DNA from: the human T2T-CHM13v2.0 reference genome, Homo sapiens
Direction: 5' to 3' (one strand)
Assembly (NCBI RefSeq): GCF_009914755.1
Contig: NC_060936.1
DNA length: 64,000 bases
Made by a program: the position numbers and the translations under genes
In this document: piece by piece, positions 13,685 to 29,515 of the stretch
How positions within the stretch are numbered: position 1 is the stretch's first letter
Layout of the letters: each line of letters starts with the position of its first letter
Notes under the pieces: generated by a model
What the model was told of the DNA's origin: nothing
Seen by the model: the letters and a program-made list of their open reading frames with translations, nothing else
Databases searched by the model: none

Positions 13685-14704
13685 CTACTTTAGGTTCTCT
13701 TAACAATAAAAATTATTTAAATAATTTCTCTTCTATGGGAAGGAAATGAAAATAGTAATTAACATACCACAAGGATCCTAACTTCATCCTTGACCCTCTG
13801 CAACAGGCTCAAAGACAAGGTATGTGTAAAGGATCAGATAAAAGTCTGGGATGTCTGGTGTATGTATCATGTGGTATTGAAAAAATATTTATGAAAATTT
13901 TTGAAATGGTCATATCAAGAGTCTTGCTTCAAATTGCCACTGAATTTAGAATGGCAGTCTCAGATCAGCCTCTTCAAAACATTCTTCTCTGATCATATTC
14001 CTACCTCCTCACAACATTCTCAACACTAGTAAATATACACACATTTTTCCCCCCAAGGGTCAATGATTGATAAATTATATTTTTATTTTTGACCCAAAAA
14101 TATAATCACAGAACTATTCTTTTTCTTTTTCTGATATGTTGAATATCTAATTATACTGGAGAGAAATATTTAATTTGAATCATTAGAAAAACACAGTATT
14201 TTCAAAGAACATATGTTTTTTTAATTGGAGAATTTCTTTACTTTTACTCTCAATTCATAAGTTCTAGCTGGGATCTTATACTTCCCTCACAGACAATGAG
14301 CAATAAATATTTGCTGATTAAAGTGAATCTTGGACTATCCCTAAATGCTAAAAACTTTCACTAGCTCCCTGAATTCCTGTACATGCTTGCTTTTCACCTT
14401 TCTAGCCTCAATGACCAGCACTTCTCTTATACATATTCCATTTTTCAACCCAAGTAGAATTAGTTTCCAAACATGCTCCACTTTTATCTTCATGTCTCTG
14501 CTTATGTTATTCTGTAATCTTGATTATTCATTCCTACCTGTAAATATCCAAACCATCCTATACGGTACTTCCTAAATGACTCCTTGTCAAAGCCTTCCTT
14601 GTTTCTCATAGCTGGGCATAATTCCTCTCTTTTCCAGAACCCCAAAACTCTTAGTCTATAACTCTTCAAAGCATTTATAGCTGGTTTCCAGTTACTTGCA
14701 ATTG

Positions 14705-14945
14705 TACAAAAGGGGTTAAGAGTGCAGGATTGAAGAAGGGTATACCTAGGTTTCTAATCCTTGTTCTTCCACTTACTAGCTAAATTTACCTGAGAAAAGT
14801 ATTTATTCACTTGAATCCTGAGTTTCTTTGTTTACAAAATGAGGATGCAACATGTATCTCATTGAGATTGTTGTGAGAATTAGGTGAGATATATTAGTAT
14901 ACTGCCTAGCATAGCCCCTGATATGTAGTAAGTGTTGCAGAAATA
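14705..14945 (+). mobile_element. MIR
   Basis: ggttaagagtgcagg...ttccacttactagct...ctgagtttct...aaaatgagg...gtgagaattaggtgagat. Confidence 0.75.
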
Positions 14946-15220
14946 GTGGTTGCTATGCATCTTATTCTCTTTCCCATATTGTATATTTAAATAGCCTTTT
15001 ATAGATTTTTATATAACCTGCATTTCAAAATTCAGGACTCTACATGCAGTACATGCCCAAATACTGTAGAGAGATGTATTCTGTCACCATTGTATTCACA
15101 AAACATCAACAGAGGTTTTACTTGCTGCTCAACTATGCAATAATTTTATATATTTTACATTCAGGGGTTGAACCAGATTATCCGATTCTTTCTGGTCTTA
15201 AATAGTTTGACAGTTTTCTA

Positions 15221-15460
<240 letters not shown>

Positions 15461-16011
15461 TCACTTCAGTATCATGAGACTATATCATGAGACTAGTTTT
15501 GTTTTTTTCCCCTAACTTTAAGAAGTCTTTATAAGTAATTAGTAATAAAATCCAGACTGCTCTCTTTTAAGCAAAAGGACAAAGTGTGAAATAATAATAG
15601 TGATGGAGTATATCAACTAATCAGGCATCTGCTAACAGCTGCATTCTGCAAAGAGCAAAGACTATAATACATCTAGATTTTCTTATTAATAATTTCATCT
15701 CTCCAAGGTTTAACGAAGCCACAATGGGAATTATTTGAGTGTACTGAATTCTGACAAATAAGGAAGGAGCAGAAATGACAAATAACAGGAAAACATAATT
15801 CTATGTCAAACTGGTGTGTAAAGGAACATGCTGGAGAAAGTGTAATATATATGCCACCTAAAATACTAAGAAAGCAGATTTCAAACAAAAATTGAAGATA
15901 GGAATAATTGAATGAAAAGAAATTCTAAAGGGACAATGGGTTAAAAAGATCAAAAACTTAAAGAACTGACAATCTCAAAGAAAATTTTAAAAGAATGAGA
16001 ATTTAAAATAA

Positions 16012-16560
16012 CAGTGAATGGATAAAGAAAATGTACATACACACAATGGAGTACTATTTAGCCATAAAAAAAGAAAGAGATCATATCATTTGCAACAACA
16101 TAGATAGAACTGGAGATCATTATGTTAAGTAAAATAAGCCAGGCACAGAAAGAGAAACATTGGATATTCTCACTTATTTATGGGATCTAAAAATCAAACA
16201 ACTGAACTCATGGACATAGAGAGTAGAAGGACGGTTACCAGAGGCTAGGTAGGGCAGTGGGGGTTGGGAGAGGTGGGGATGTTTAATGGGTACAAAAATA
16301 ATAGAAAGAATAAAGTAAGACCTACTATTTGATAGCCCAACAGGGTGACTATAGTTGATAATAATTGTACATTTTAAAACTACTAAAAGAGTATAATTGG
16401 ATTGTTTGCAACACAAAGGATAATTGCTTGAGGGGATGGCTACCCCATTCTCCATGATATGATTATTGTGCATTGCATGCCTGTATCCAAACATCTCATG
16501 TACTCCATAAATATATATCTACTATGTACCTGCAAAAATTTAAAATAAAAAAATTAAAAA
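16012..16560 (+). mobile_element. L1MA 3' end
   Basis: gaatggataaagaaaatgt...gcattgcatgcctgtatc...catctcatgtac...ctactatgtacc + A-rich tail. Confidence 0.88.
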
Positions 16561-17169
16561 CAATGAAGCTCTTTAGGGAGCTTTCTCATAAATTTGATAT
16601 TTTTGTAGTTTCTGCTTTATGGCACTGGGCTATGTACTATGGAAATATAAAGATTATCAAAACATTGTCCCTCTCCCAAAGGAATTTAAGATAGGGTCTG
16701 AATTAAAATAATGGTGTTGGGGAGGCTAAAGATGATAATGAATTAAGACATGACAAACAGTCAAATGTACCTTCACTCAAAGCATTATATGCTTCAAATT
16801 ATGTTGAATTATGTCCATTATGTAAGACAAATGGCATATTAGGACAAATATAAGGATAAAGGAAAACTGTTTTGTTTCCATCTTCTTAATGAAAGAGAAT
16901 AATCTTCGAGATGCAAGAGGGCAGAAATGATTAAGAAACGTGAGCCCCAGATAAGTTAGAGCTGACAATGGAGATTTATTCAATAAATTCAAGTATTTCT
17001 GTTTTTAAATCATTATATCATAGGGTTTTGAAAGTATATGCCATTGTGTAAGCAAAATCCTTGTCAGTGCTCTAAGAAATCACAAAGATCAAAAAAAGGG
17101 ACAAAACATGTAGACCTGATCTTCCAAAATGCAGGAAAAACGTGGAATTCAGAAACTCAACTTCTCGTT

Positions 17170-18090
17170 GAGTCTCAAAGAGGAATACATTAAGCAAATC
17201 ATTATCCACTTAAAAATAAATGTTCACCAACAAAAGATAACATGGGCTTATCAATTTCATGGGGAAAGTTTTTTGTAGGGTTAATGGATACCAATTTAAG
17301 GGAATGTCACATTCACAATATATGTTGACTCTAATAAAGCCCATACAATAAGACTTTTAAATGATATCCTTGTGGACAATGTGAATAAGTATGGAACTGT
17401 TAGAGTAAAGTATTTCCACAGGTAGTTGAAGAGTCATACCTAACGAGTCAAGGTCACTGCTGATCTGGAAGATCTTTGGTATCTAGTCAATCTTTACCTA
17501 GCCCTAGGGAGAAGTGGCATGCTTATTAAATGGATATATTAAAGAACTGGACATTATATTGCCTGAAAAAAATCACTGAAACAAAATTCATTTATTTTAT
17601 ATGCCGACTCACTATCAATGATTTGTTTAATAGAAATAAATATTTCAGGAGAAAGACAGCGATAGACTTACTGCATTCTATGTAGGCCATATATGGAATG
17701 AGGTGTAGTTTTAGATGTCCCATTTTAAGAAGAACATTGAAAAATTGGAGCCTTTACAAAACAGTAGAAGCAGAATGAAGGATCTGTAGACTATATTACA
17801 TAAGGAACAGATGATGAAACTATTGAGCTGATAAAAGAACATTTACCGGAGAGAGGATACAACAGCATAATTTAAAAGGGCTGAATATATGAAGAGCTGT
17901 CATATATAAACAAAAAGATATATAAAATTAATTCTGGTAAGGGAAAAAAAGGGCTGATGAAGACTAACGAATGGAAATTTAAAGGAGGTAAATTTAGAGT
18001 TGGGGAGAAAAAAACATTTATTTTTAGAGTCTGGTTATAATGATCACAAAAGTGATAGGAGTTTCTTATCCCTATAAATGATATAAGGAA
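17170..18090 (+). mobile_element. L3/CR1-like ancient LINE fragment
   Basis: Degenerate CR1-type motifs (tgatatccttgtggacaa; ccattttaagaagaacattgaaaaattggag; aaggaggtaaatttagagt). Confidence 0.5.
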
Positions 18091-19103
18091 TTATTATCTC
18101 TGGATATATAATTATGAAATGTGATGCCATGATTTGCATACATGTGTCAATTTGAGATTACTGAAACTAATGCTCAGTAATTTGTAATCTAACAATTTAA
18201 CCAGATTAAAATTGAAATTGGAGCAAAACCCGCTCAAAAGTCTGAATCTGCCATTTGGAAATTTTGATGTCTTAAGGTTCATAGATATGAACTGAAGCCA
18301 TCAAATTTACACATATTTCTTCAAATATTGAAAAGGTATGATTCTACAGAATAGTAGGTTGCTACTGTTAATTCTCAAACAGAAAATATATATGTATATA
18401 TAGGTCAAAAAGCTGATTGTAAGAAAACAATTCATGTTAACAGCCTAAGAGCTATTTTCAATGTGCATTTAATAACAAATCTTCTTAAGAAAAAAGCTAA
18501 ACAGTACCCTCAGATGTAATACTGTGTCTCCAAAGGTTTCTTTCCTTCAGATTACAAGCTTTATCCTAAGAATCTATTAAATGTTTCCCTGATGATGTAA
18601 TATTCAACACAATTCTGTCATGTCAAAGGTTATAGTATCATAAAATACTCAGTAAATATTTGCCCCAGTAACTTATGTATGGCACAGTTATTTCCAGGAG
18701 ATCAGGATGCCCTTTTTTCATTCTTATGTATTTTTATGTCATTGATTATTCAGTCTTTTGAGAAAAAAAATCTCAATATTAAACACAGTGTTTTATTACT
18801 TTAAAATGTTCTTAAATATTCAGAATATTAGGATTAATATTTTATATAAACTACCAAAGATAATAGAAACTTAATGATATTAGAAACATACAGCCATGGT
18901 ATTTCTCTATTTGAATTAATCTATTCACATTTTGAAATATAAAATCAACTTTAAACAAGTTTAAGGTTAAATATGGCAAATTTGTACAACAGACTTGATC
19001 TGAAGGAGAGAAAAAAATAAACACTTATTTTTGTTCCATGCAAACCTGTAAGGTCTTTTGATACTGGAAATGAAATTAATTTCCTCTCCCTTCCCCTGCC
19101 TAC

Positions 19104-19115
19104 CTTCTGGAGGAT
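19104..19115 (-). CDS. KIF21A: KIF21A exon 31 (12-nt microexon; 15 nt if the upstream CAG is used, start 19118)
   Basis: atcag cag|A TCC TCC AGA AG|gtaggc; completes H-R-S-S-R-R-G between exons 30 and 32. Confidence 0.88.
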
Positions 19116-19806
19116 CTGCTGATGATCAGCAAAAATGGCCATAAAACAAGGAAAACAAGTGCAAAGAGGGAGGACATAAAATGATAATGGTGAAAGGGAA
19201 TGAGACAGAGAGAAAGAGAAAGAGAAGTTAAGGACCCCCAGAAAAATCCATAAAATGAAAAAAAATAACAGTTATTTTTAAAGCTGCACCTATTCTTAAG
19301 AATATTTATTTTAAAAAATGCTTCCTTAGTGTTTATTTCCTATTCTTTTTAATTTTTGGTATAATAGTATCCTTTTTTTCTCTAGCATATTTTTATTTTT
19401 AATCATATAATCTTTTTACTTAAAATTGCTAAACCAACAAGAAAAAAATACCTTATCTACCTCACACACTTTGAGGCATTAGAAATACCTAATTGTTGAG
19501 AGTAAGAAATCTTCTTGACATCAATATTCATAAAACTTGATTTCTTTTAAAGAAAAGATTCAGATTACAGACAGAAAACAGGTATCACAATTTTTAAACT
19601 ATTATACAAAAAAAACCACTACTTTATCTAAAAGGTATGACCACAAAAATGTATTAAAATTATCATGTTTAGAAATATTAGTGCATTTATATGATTTACA
19701 ACAAGTGATGCATGCAACAAAAATGAGACTTGCTTAGAATTTCTAGGAAGGCACTTTAGAACATCAATGAAATTCCAGAATGTAGGAAAGGCAGGAAAGA
19801 AAGTAC

Positions 19807-19845
19807 CTGTGTACCTCCGAGAGAGAGGAGTCACTTTCATCAGAC
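19807..19845 (-). CDS. KIF21A: KIF21A exon 30 (39 nt)
   Basis: tatag|G TCT GAT GAA...CAC AG|gtactt; SDESDSSLSEVH. Confidence 0.92.
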
Positions 19846-21946
19846 CTATAGTGAAAGAGTTAGAATTATGAGAGAAAGAATACAGATGTCAACAGGTAAG
19901 GACACTGACTTTGGACTCAAAATCAACAGCATGAATAACAGATATATAGCAAACATTTCCTTCATAGTGCCCTGCTTTTCTACTTGCACTGGATATTAGC
20001 ATGTTTAAAGTATAGCTAAGTTACGTAAAAAGTTTGATATTTATGTCTTCTAGCAAGACTTTGGGGGCTAAAATTTTCTAATACTGATATACAAAATCTA
20101 TCCTCACTTCTAAAATTTAGGCCTTGCAGAAGAATAGTATCAAGTACATGAGATATAGCACTTCAAGGTTTGCTCTATTTAATTTGACTAGTCCTGGAAA
20201 AATTTTCCCATTTCAATAACTGTTGATCAATTTTATTCACCTTGATAATTATCACTTTAGATATAGACTCTAATGTTGAAGTTACACAAAATAGATTGTG
20301 TTTTCACATAGAAAGCAAGTCACTCAAAATTTAATAACTTTTGGCTTTAACTTATCTCAAAAACACTGAGTTCTTTTGACTAGGGAGCATCTGAGTAACA
20401 GCTGGGGTACTTTAGTGGGCTTTTAGAATGGACAAGTCACTTCTGTTAGCCCTACCTTGAGGCCTCCAAGACTGCAGTGAGTCTGGTTATTAAGAAAATC
20501 TATTCGACTGTACAACAGGCTTGAGGAGAATGAGGATATGGTGAGCGTTAGCATAGAATGTAACCTGAAACAATGTGGGAGATCTGCGTCTTGCTAGTGG
20601 GATATGGTTGCTTCAAAAAGGAGCCCCAGAGAAAGTAATGTAAAGGGGTAGTCAAGTTTTTGAAAGTGTAGAGCAGTCAGTTATTCTACATTTTAGTTTA
20701 TAGAGATGACAACAGAGTCAAATTATTGGTAGCTCATAAAGTATTTCAGTAAAAAATATGGAACTGTGATTAGGTTGTCAAGATTATCAAAAGATTGACA
20801 GAAAATATTCTGACTGTGAAGGCAAGGTAGACACAAATTTAGCAACTCTTCGTATACCTAGTGAAACTTGACTTCCCAAAAGTATTCCTAATGTTCAACT
20901 TTTCTCAATTAATGACAGAAATAATTTGACAATGTTAAAGAGTATTTTGTTTAATAACACAGGAAAATATTTACCTACCTAGATCAATGTAAAGAACATA
21001 TCTTCTACTAATTAAACCATATTAAAATCTAATGAAGGATCCATAAATAAAAGAATTATCCATAAATTAAGTATATTTATAATTCTTTAAAAACTACGGT
21101 ATGATTCTCTAAGTTTATAGAGCCATTTAAAATGATCTAAACATGCCAGACAGACAGATCTTAAATGGCATCCTATAAATTTTAGAGATTATTGATTTAT
21201 ACAGGGAGGCAATAGCAGAAAACAATCATTATCATTCCAAGTCCAAGCAGACAAGTCAGAGTTAATAAATACCTTATGGCAGTATTGTTAGTATGGCATT
21301 CTTGCAAGAGAGATTCTGGCTCAATGTGTGGATACTTTGTCATTTCAAATTTGATGACATTTACATTTTCCACATCCCTCCAACTTCTCCACCCCTGCAA
21401 CCCACTCCCAGTCCTACTCTCTCCATCCGTAAAGGTGATTTTTTATTCCAAGAACACAATTATTGAAATTTTGTGGTGAACTTGTCTAGAACAATCAGAT
21501 GACAAAAACGTGTTGCACTTGTAACAATGGTCTTTGTAAACTGTTATATCCCCCAGAAGTAAAGTAATTTGCCTCTTTCCAACTCAGGCTATCTAAATTA
21601 GAGGCTTTTGTGGGCTCACAGAAGCTGAAGAATCTCCAAAAATTTAAACATCAAGTGGTCTCAAAGATTTTTCAGTTCTAATTTACTTGTAAAAGAAAAG
21701 GCAAGACAAGTGCTGAAGGCATACCAATACAAATCTACAACAGGGAATAATGTTCAGCAGGAAAATAATTTTCTCTAATTTTGGCTGCATGGTTCCTTTC
21801 CCATTGGAAAGATGCATAAAATATGGCAAGAGTTCACACGTCAGGCTCCATCTCCTACACAGAGATGACTACATGTTTTCTACAGACTGTATTGACAGGT
21901 TCAGAATATTATATAAATAATTGGGGCTCTTTTCCATAATGACTTA

Positions 21947-22117
<171 letters not shown>

Positions 22118-22574
22118 TTATGATTTGTTAGAAAAGTTATAAGAAACATGCTCTTTTAAAAAAAAGCTTTTTATTAGAGAACTCCTTCTTTCCTTTCTTC
22201 CTTTTTTGTAAGATAAAATGCATTCTGAACAATTTTTAAAATTTTTCACTGGATTTTGTTACATTGGCCACAAGATGGCACTAAAGAGAAGATTCTGTCT
22301 GCTGAAATCAGAAGTCAGTATAAGAATAAAGCAAGCCACATTTAAAATTATACAATTTTAGAATCAAGAGAAAGTTGCTCACTTTACAGATGAGGAAAGA
22401 GACCCAGAGAGCTTACGAGATGTTTGCTTATTCAGTTGGTTCATTCATCTATTTTTAAATCATTTATGTGCTCCATCCCCATTTCCCAATTATTCTTGAG
22501 AGATTTAATTCAGTAGACACAGGCAAACTACATCTTTAAGTACAGGAAGCAAGGGTGATAAGAAGGATAATTTC

Positions 22575-22893
<319 letters not shown>

Positions 22894-23779
22894 TCAGCTA
22901 AACCCATGGTCAAAAAAGACAGTGTGCATCTTGGCACAGGGTAGTGGATGGTATAGAATTGTCCATTTAGGCACGGAAAATAAATGAACACTTCTTTTTA
23001 AATATATTCACATTTATTTTTATGTCAAAGAAATTAAAGTAATTCACTTCACTAATATTTAAATGTAAATTCGCATAAATGCTTTCAAGGACATGTCTGA
23101 GATCTGCCTGTCACATGCAGAACAGGTAAACTGAGGGAGGGGTGGCAGGGTAACAGTGGTTCTAATCCAATCAACTTCTGCATGCTGTCATGTTGCAATT
23201 TGTAAACGCCCAGTTAAGTGGATAATCAGATTATACTATGTACTGCTAAGTAAACTAACCCTCACAAAACACACAGAAGAAACATTGAGGATAATACCAA
23301 CAATGTAAACATGAGAGAGCAACAAGAAAATGGCACAATAACACACCCTATGATTAATATTAGTTTTTCTGTCAGCCACTCTAAAGAGGTAGGGTCAAGA
23401 TCAGTTTTAGCTAACATGGCAATGACGGTCAAAATTAATTCTAAATTTTTCTATTAATAGAAGACTATCTGAAATATAGACTTAATAAGCCTTACCTCAA
23501 GTATATATTAACTCTTAAAATGATATACACAAATAACTGGCAAGTAAGTAAGTGGACATGATCAGGGACAAGTGCTCAAATATCTTTACAGGTATATGTA
23601 TGACCAAGAATATTAGACCACCGAGCCAAGCCAAAAGCTGACTTGACTGTCTTGATTAGTCAAATAGTCATAACCACAGCACCAGCCTAAATCTGGAAAA
23701 TAATTTCATGATTATCTTTAGCATCTAAGTGCAGCAGGCATTTAATACAGTCTAGCAGGTAAAAAACATTAGTCACTTA

Positions 23780-23908
<129 letters not shown>

Positions 23909-24505
23909 TTAATTACCTAATTCTAAATTTGCACATACAACTTTGGTAGATAGTCAATCTAAAATTTGTAATAGGTTAATAACTGGAACCTCAGAAAGAT
24001 TATTACTTGAGAACAAAAAATAAAACTAACATAGGAAAATACTACATGAGTTATATTTAGTTGATGGAAGCTCAGCAACTATAATTTTTAAATTGGTGAT
24101 CTTATTAAATATGTAACAACTTACTATCTTTGAATATAAATATCAGTGATATACCGCCAAATAGCCACAACAAATATTTTAGATGTGTTTTAATTTCATT
24201 GGTAATTATTTCAGATGAAGAAAAATTATCTTTATAGTTTTGTAAGAACAAAAATATTAGAATATCAGAATATGAGAAACAATGAGATTTAATGAATTAA
24301 TATTGAGACACAATCACAAAATAGTTCTATAGGTAATCACACACACAAAAATACATAATTATTTTACTTAGCTAGTATTTAATTTGTATCTATGTACATT
24401 TTAGTAATAAAAGTATTCTGGCCTTAAATATTTTAAATGCCAAATGTCTGCTTGTAATTAAAAATTCAAGAAAATAATTTTTGTATATGGTGGTAATGAA
24501 TTTTA

Positions 24506-24853
<348 letters not shown>

Positions 24854-25786
24854 CTAAGGAATTAGACAGCAACACTTCCAGAATGGGTTTGCATGATTCC
24901 TATTTAAAAGCAAAAACTAAATGTAATTAAATTTTGTGTGCTTGATTTTTTCTAATCAGGAAATCACATTTTAGCAATCCTGCATCATTTAAATTATAAG
25001 CATCACCTGAGTAAAATTACGCAGTAATGGCTTATAAGAGTTACTGCACCAAGTGAGTGACCAAACTCTCACAATGTATAAAGAATTACAAATATATGAG
25101 TATAAGCATGTGAATTTATGAAAACTTTAAAGTAAGTTATTTAGAGGCAGAGCCCAAAAGATATTTTTTACAACCTGTCATAAAGGATACATTTTTAAAA
25201 TGTAAAAAGACAAATAGATTACCTGAATCTGGATTCCAGGCCACAGATTTAGTCTTGAAGTTCCAAAAGTCTCACTCATCTGACAGACTAAATACCTAAC
25301 ACATTTAGTTCCTAAAATCTGACCTCAGTTCTACATCACTACCTTCACCAAAAGCATTTCTTCTATTCTCATCTTATCACAAAAGCAATGAAGCCATAAA
25401 CTATTCTGGTTAGCAATCTCTAACAGCAGATCCAACAGTTAATTACATAGGCCACCTCAAGCACATGCAAGAAAGTTCTGCCATCATTAAAATTAATTCT
25501 GGAACAAAAGGTAGCAGATGGGATACTGAATGGAAAACAATGGAAATGTCCTCATAAAATGAAGAATATTATGAAAAATGGCTATTCAAGTTTGGAAAGT
25601 TTGTTATTTTGTATTATTTACAGATCATATAGTGTGTGCCACTTTTGGGGGGGCAATATTCCTCAGTGCAGAGATGTATTCATTCCATAAATTATCTGCT
25701 AGATCACATGTGAGGATTAGTTTGAAAAATAACGTTAAAAATCTTTACCAGTGAATGACTAATCTAATATTAATATAACTATCAAA

Positions 25787-25850
25787 ACACACACATGCAC
25801 ACATGGTACACATATGTACACACACACATACACATACGCATACACACACA
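25787..25850. repeat. Degenerate (CA)n, UG-rich on the KIF21A sense strand
   Basis: acacacacatgcacacatggtacacatatgtacacacacacatacacatacgcatacacacaca. Confidence 0.85.
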
Positions 25851-26541
25851 GGACTATGTGGGAAAATCTTTCTTTGTCCTCAAGATAATAATTAAAAATA
25901 GTCTATGCAAGATTTATTTTGAATAGAAGGTTTTTTGTTCAGATTATCATAGGAAAGAGAATATTTCCTCCTTCAAATCTTTAATAATACCAATAAAAAT
26001 ATTTTTGGGGCATACACTCATCCCAGAATATGCAATATGCTTCAAGGTAAAAAATTAGGAAAGCTCAAAATGTATTAAACTTGTAATTGGTATTTTCTTT
26101 TTTCTTTAAAAGTCAGCAAACATTTACTATCCTGACAGGACTCTTAAAACTAGGATATAGGTAATTTAGAGCAAATTTAAGAGTCTAAACTTTCTGTTTA
26201 TACATAATAGTTATATAATGGTTTTATAGGTATAACTTTAATTTAGGTATTTCTATATATGTATTTTCTGTAATTCATAAGTCAGCCTTTATAAAAATTA
26301 TAACCCTTAAGAATGATCCTAAAACTTGGAGACAAGACAAAGCAATTCAACAAAGGACATCTCATCTTAAATTATTTCAACTCTCCAATACCTTAGGGGA
26401 GACAACACCTAGCAAATTATTTCGAAAACCAGAGATCAAATTTATATAAATTTTAAATAATAGAAATAAGAAATTAGCAACATGCATACTTTTTTTTTTA
26501 AAGCCAAAAGAAAAGAAGTTAGTGTAGCTGGGCCAAACTTA

Positions 26542-26757
<216 letters not shown>

Positions 26758-26949
26758 CTAGTCAAAGAATGGAAGGAAAAGCAATCAGGAGCAAACTCTT
26801 GCATAGAAGCTGATTAGAGAACAGAGATTTATATGAGTTTGAAATAGGTAAAACATTTAGCGTGTCTTTTCCTAGGTGTGCCAAACATAGCATGTGAGAT
26901 AGTGACAAGCCAGAGCTATATAGCTAGATAAACCTTTAGAGGCCAAAAT

Positions 26950-27150
26950 AATAGCCAACATTTGTATTGTACTTATATGCCAGGCACTGTTCCAAACACA
27001 TTATTATATTAGCACGAGATAGGTAATATCATTATCTCAATTCCAAATTGAGGAAACTGAGGCAAAAAAGCTAAGTAATTTGGCCAAGGTCATATACCTA
27101 GTAAGTGGCAAAGCCAGATTCAAGGCCAGGCTGTCTGCCTCCAACATTTA
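26950..27150 (-). mobile_element. MIR
   Basis: atatgccaggcactgtt...gaggaaactgaggc...ccaaggtcata...agtaagtggcaaagccagattcaa. Confidence 0.8.
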
Positions 27151-27703
27151 CTGTGCTCTCCTGCCACTTGCGGCCAGCTCCCTCAACATATAATTAAAAA
27201 AAAAGAAAAGAAAAAGAAGAAGAAGAAGAAAGACATTAAACCAAAAGATAATTGCAGGAAAGCTCAACTAAATCCTGGTTTTTCCCATGCTTAATTTCTT
27301 TTTCTAATACAATTTTTTTTCAATTATTGTAAGCCTCTTCCCATGATGCCTTAAATATATGTTTAATTTGCCCACTGGACAACACCAGCTAGTATCAGCT
27401 TTGGGCAGCCTTCTGAGGCAAGTAAAGGTTATTTTCCTAGAATCTAAACTCACTATAAGCATTCCTTTCCTTACTCTTGACAACCAAGTGACTATCCGGT
27501 TATTGCTCAGTTAGTTGTTGATGTCACTAAAGTACTAACAGATAATCAAGTGTTTTACCAGATTATAAGCCTCCAGAAAGGAGCAAACTTGTTTTTTCAG
27601 CTGTATAGCCCCAGCTCTTAACACACTGCTGGTACATACAAATTTAAAATATATAATCAACTTCATTTTTTTCAATAAATGAAAAAGAAATGATATGAGA
27701 TCC

Positions 27704-28193
<490 letters not shown>

Positions 28194-28389
28194 TTAGGCC
28201 ACCACTTCACATCTCTCTCTAATGTCCCACAGTGGCATAACTAAATAGGCTTTCTCAGAGCCTGAAAGATCAAATTTATCTTAAGAGATTCTCTCCTTTG
28301 CTTAGGACTAGATCCGAACCATAGCAGAATGTTTTATTTGAGTTTTGGTAACTTCTGTTTAGACACTTAGAATAATAAAACACAAACCA

Positions 28390-28705
28390 CATGTTGCGAA
28401 GCCAATAGCTCAAAGATCATGTGTAAGAGCCTGGAGATGTTTTTTGATTGGCTTAACCAGTGTTTTAATAATCCGTGAAATCTATGTAAAAATCCGTATT
28501 TAAGAATTCTCTTGAAAAAACAAAGGATCTGGTAGCCTTAGGCCCATATTCCCACACAGCAAAAATGAGCAAAACTTGATGGTGGCTATTTCCTTTTAGA
28601 TGGGGCATGTACTCTCCAGGAAATCATAATGATGAACCGTTCATTGTATATCCAGCTAAATTAGTCATTTGCATTACCTGATTAACCACTGTGGGCCTTA
28701 AATAT
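28390..28705. mobile_element. MER102-like hAT-Charlie fragment
   Basis: taaaaatccg...ttctcttgaaaaa...gatctgg...ggcccatattcccac...ttttagatggggcatg...ctctccag resembles recalled MER102. Confidence 0.55.
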
Positions 28706-29174
28706 ATACTATCCATTGCACAGTATTATTATTTCAGGTCCTGATTCAATCCATTCATTCAACAATATTTAATAAGCACTGCAAGAATTCTTTGTTTTCA
28801 AACATTGTATGATTGTTAGTCAAATCACCTACTATCAAATGCTACCACATTCAACCTGATATGTACCATAGCTATCTCACACATTTAACTGCATGTATAA
28901 TTTATATCATTTTTTAAAACCCTACAAATACGCATCATAGCTTCATAAATTTTTAACACATAATAATTACAGATTAGATTATTAGTAAAACCACCTCAAG
29001 GCACAGTTAAACAAATAAGAAACACTTAAGAACACACTAGAATGCTAAAATTTTAAAAATCTCCTGCCAATCTAAATGACTGAGATTGTATGCCACTACA
29101 GAGTCTACAATTTAGTTAATCAGCAGCTTAAGAATCACCCTCCATAATTGTGTTATCTAGTGGGAAAAATATAA

Positions 29175-29515
<341 letters not shown>

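Noticed and set aside
23496-23536. 41-nt AG...GT interval in intron 28; similar ones at 25223-25279 and 9983-9996
   Set aside because: Splice-like pairs are common by chance, and these lack extra support such as regulator motifs, structure or an open frame
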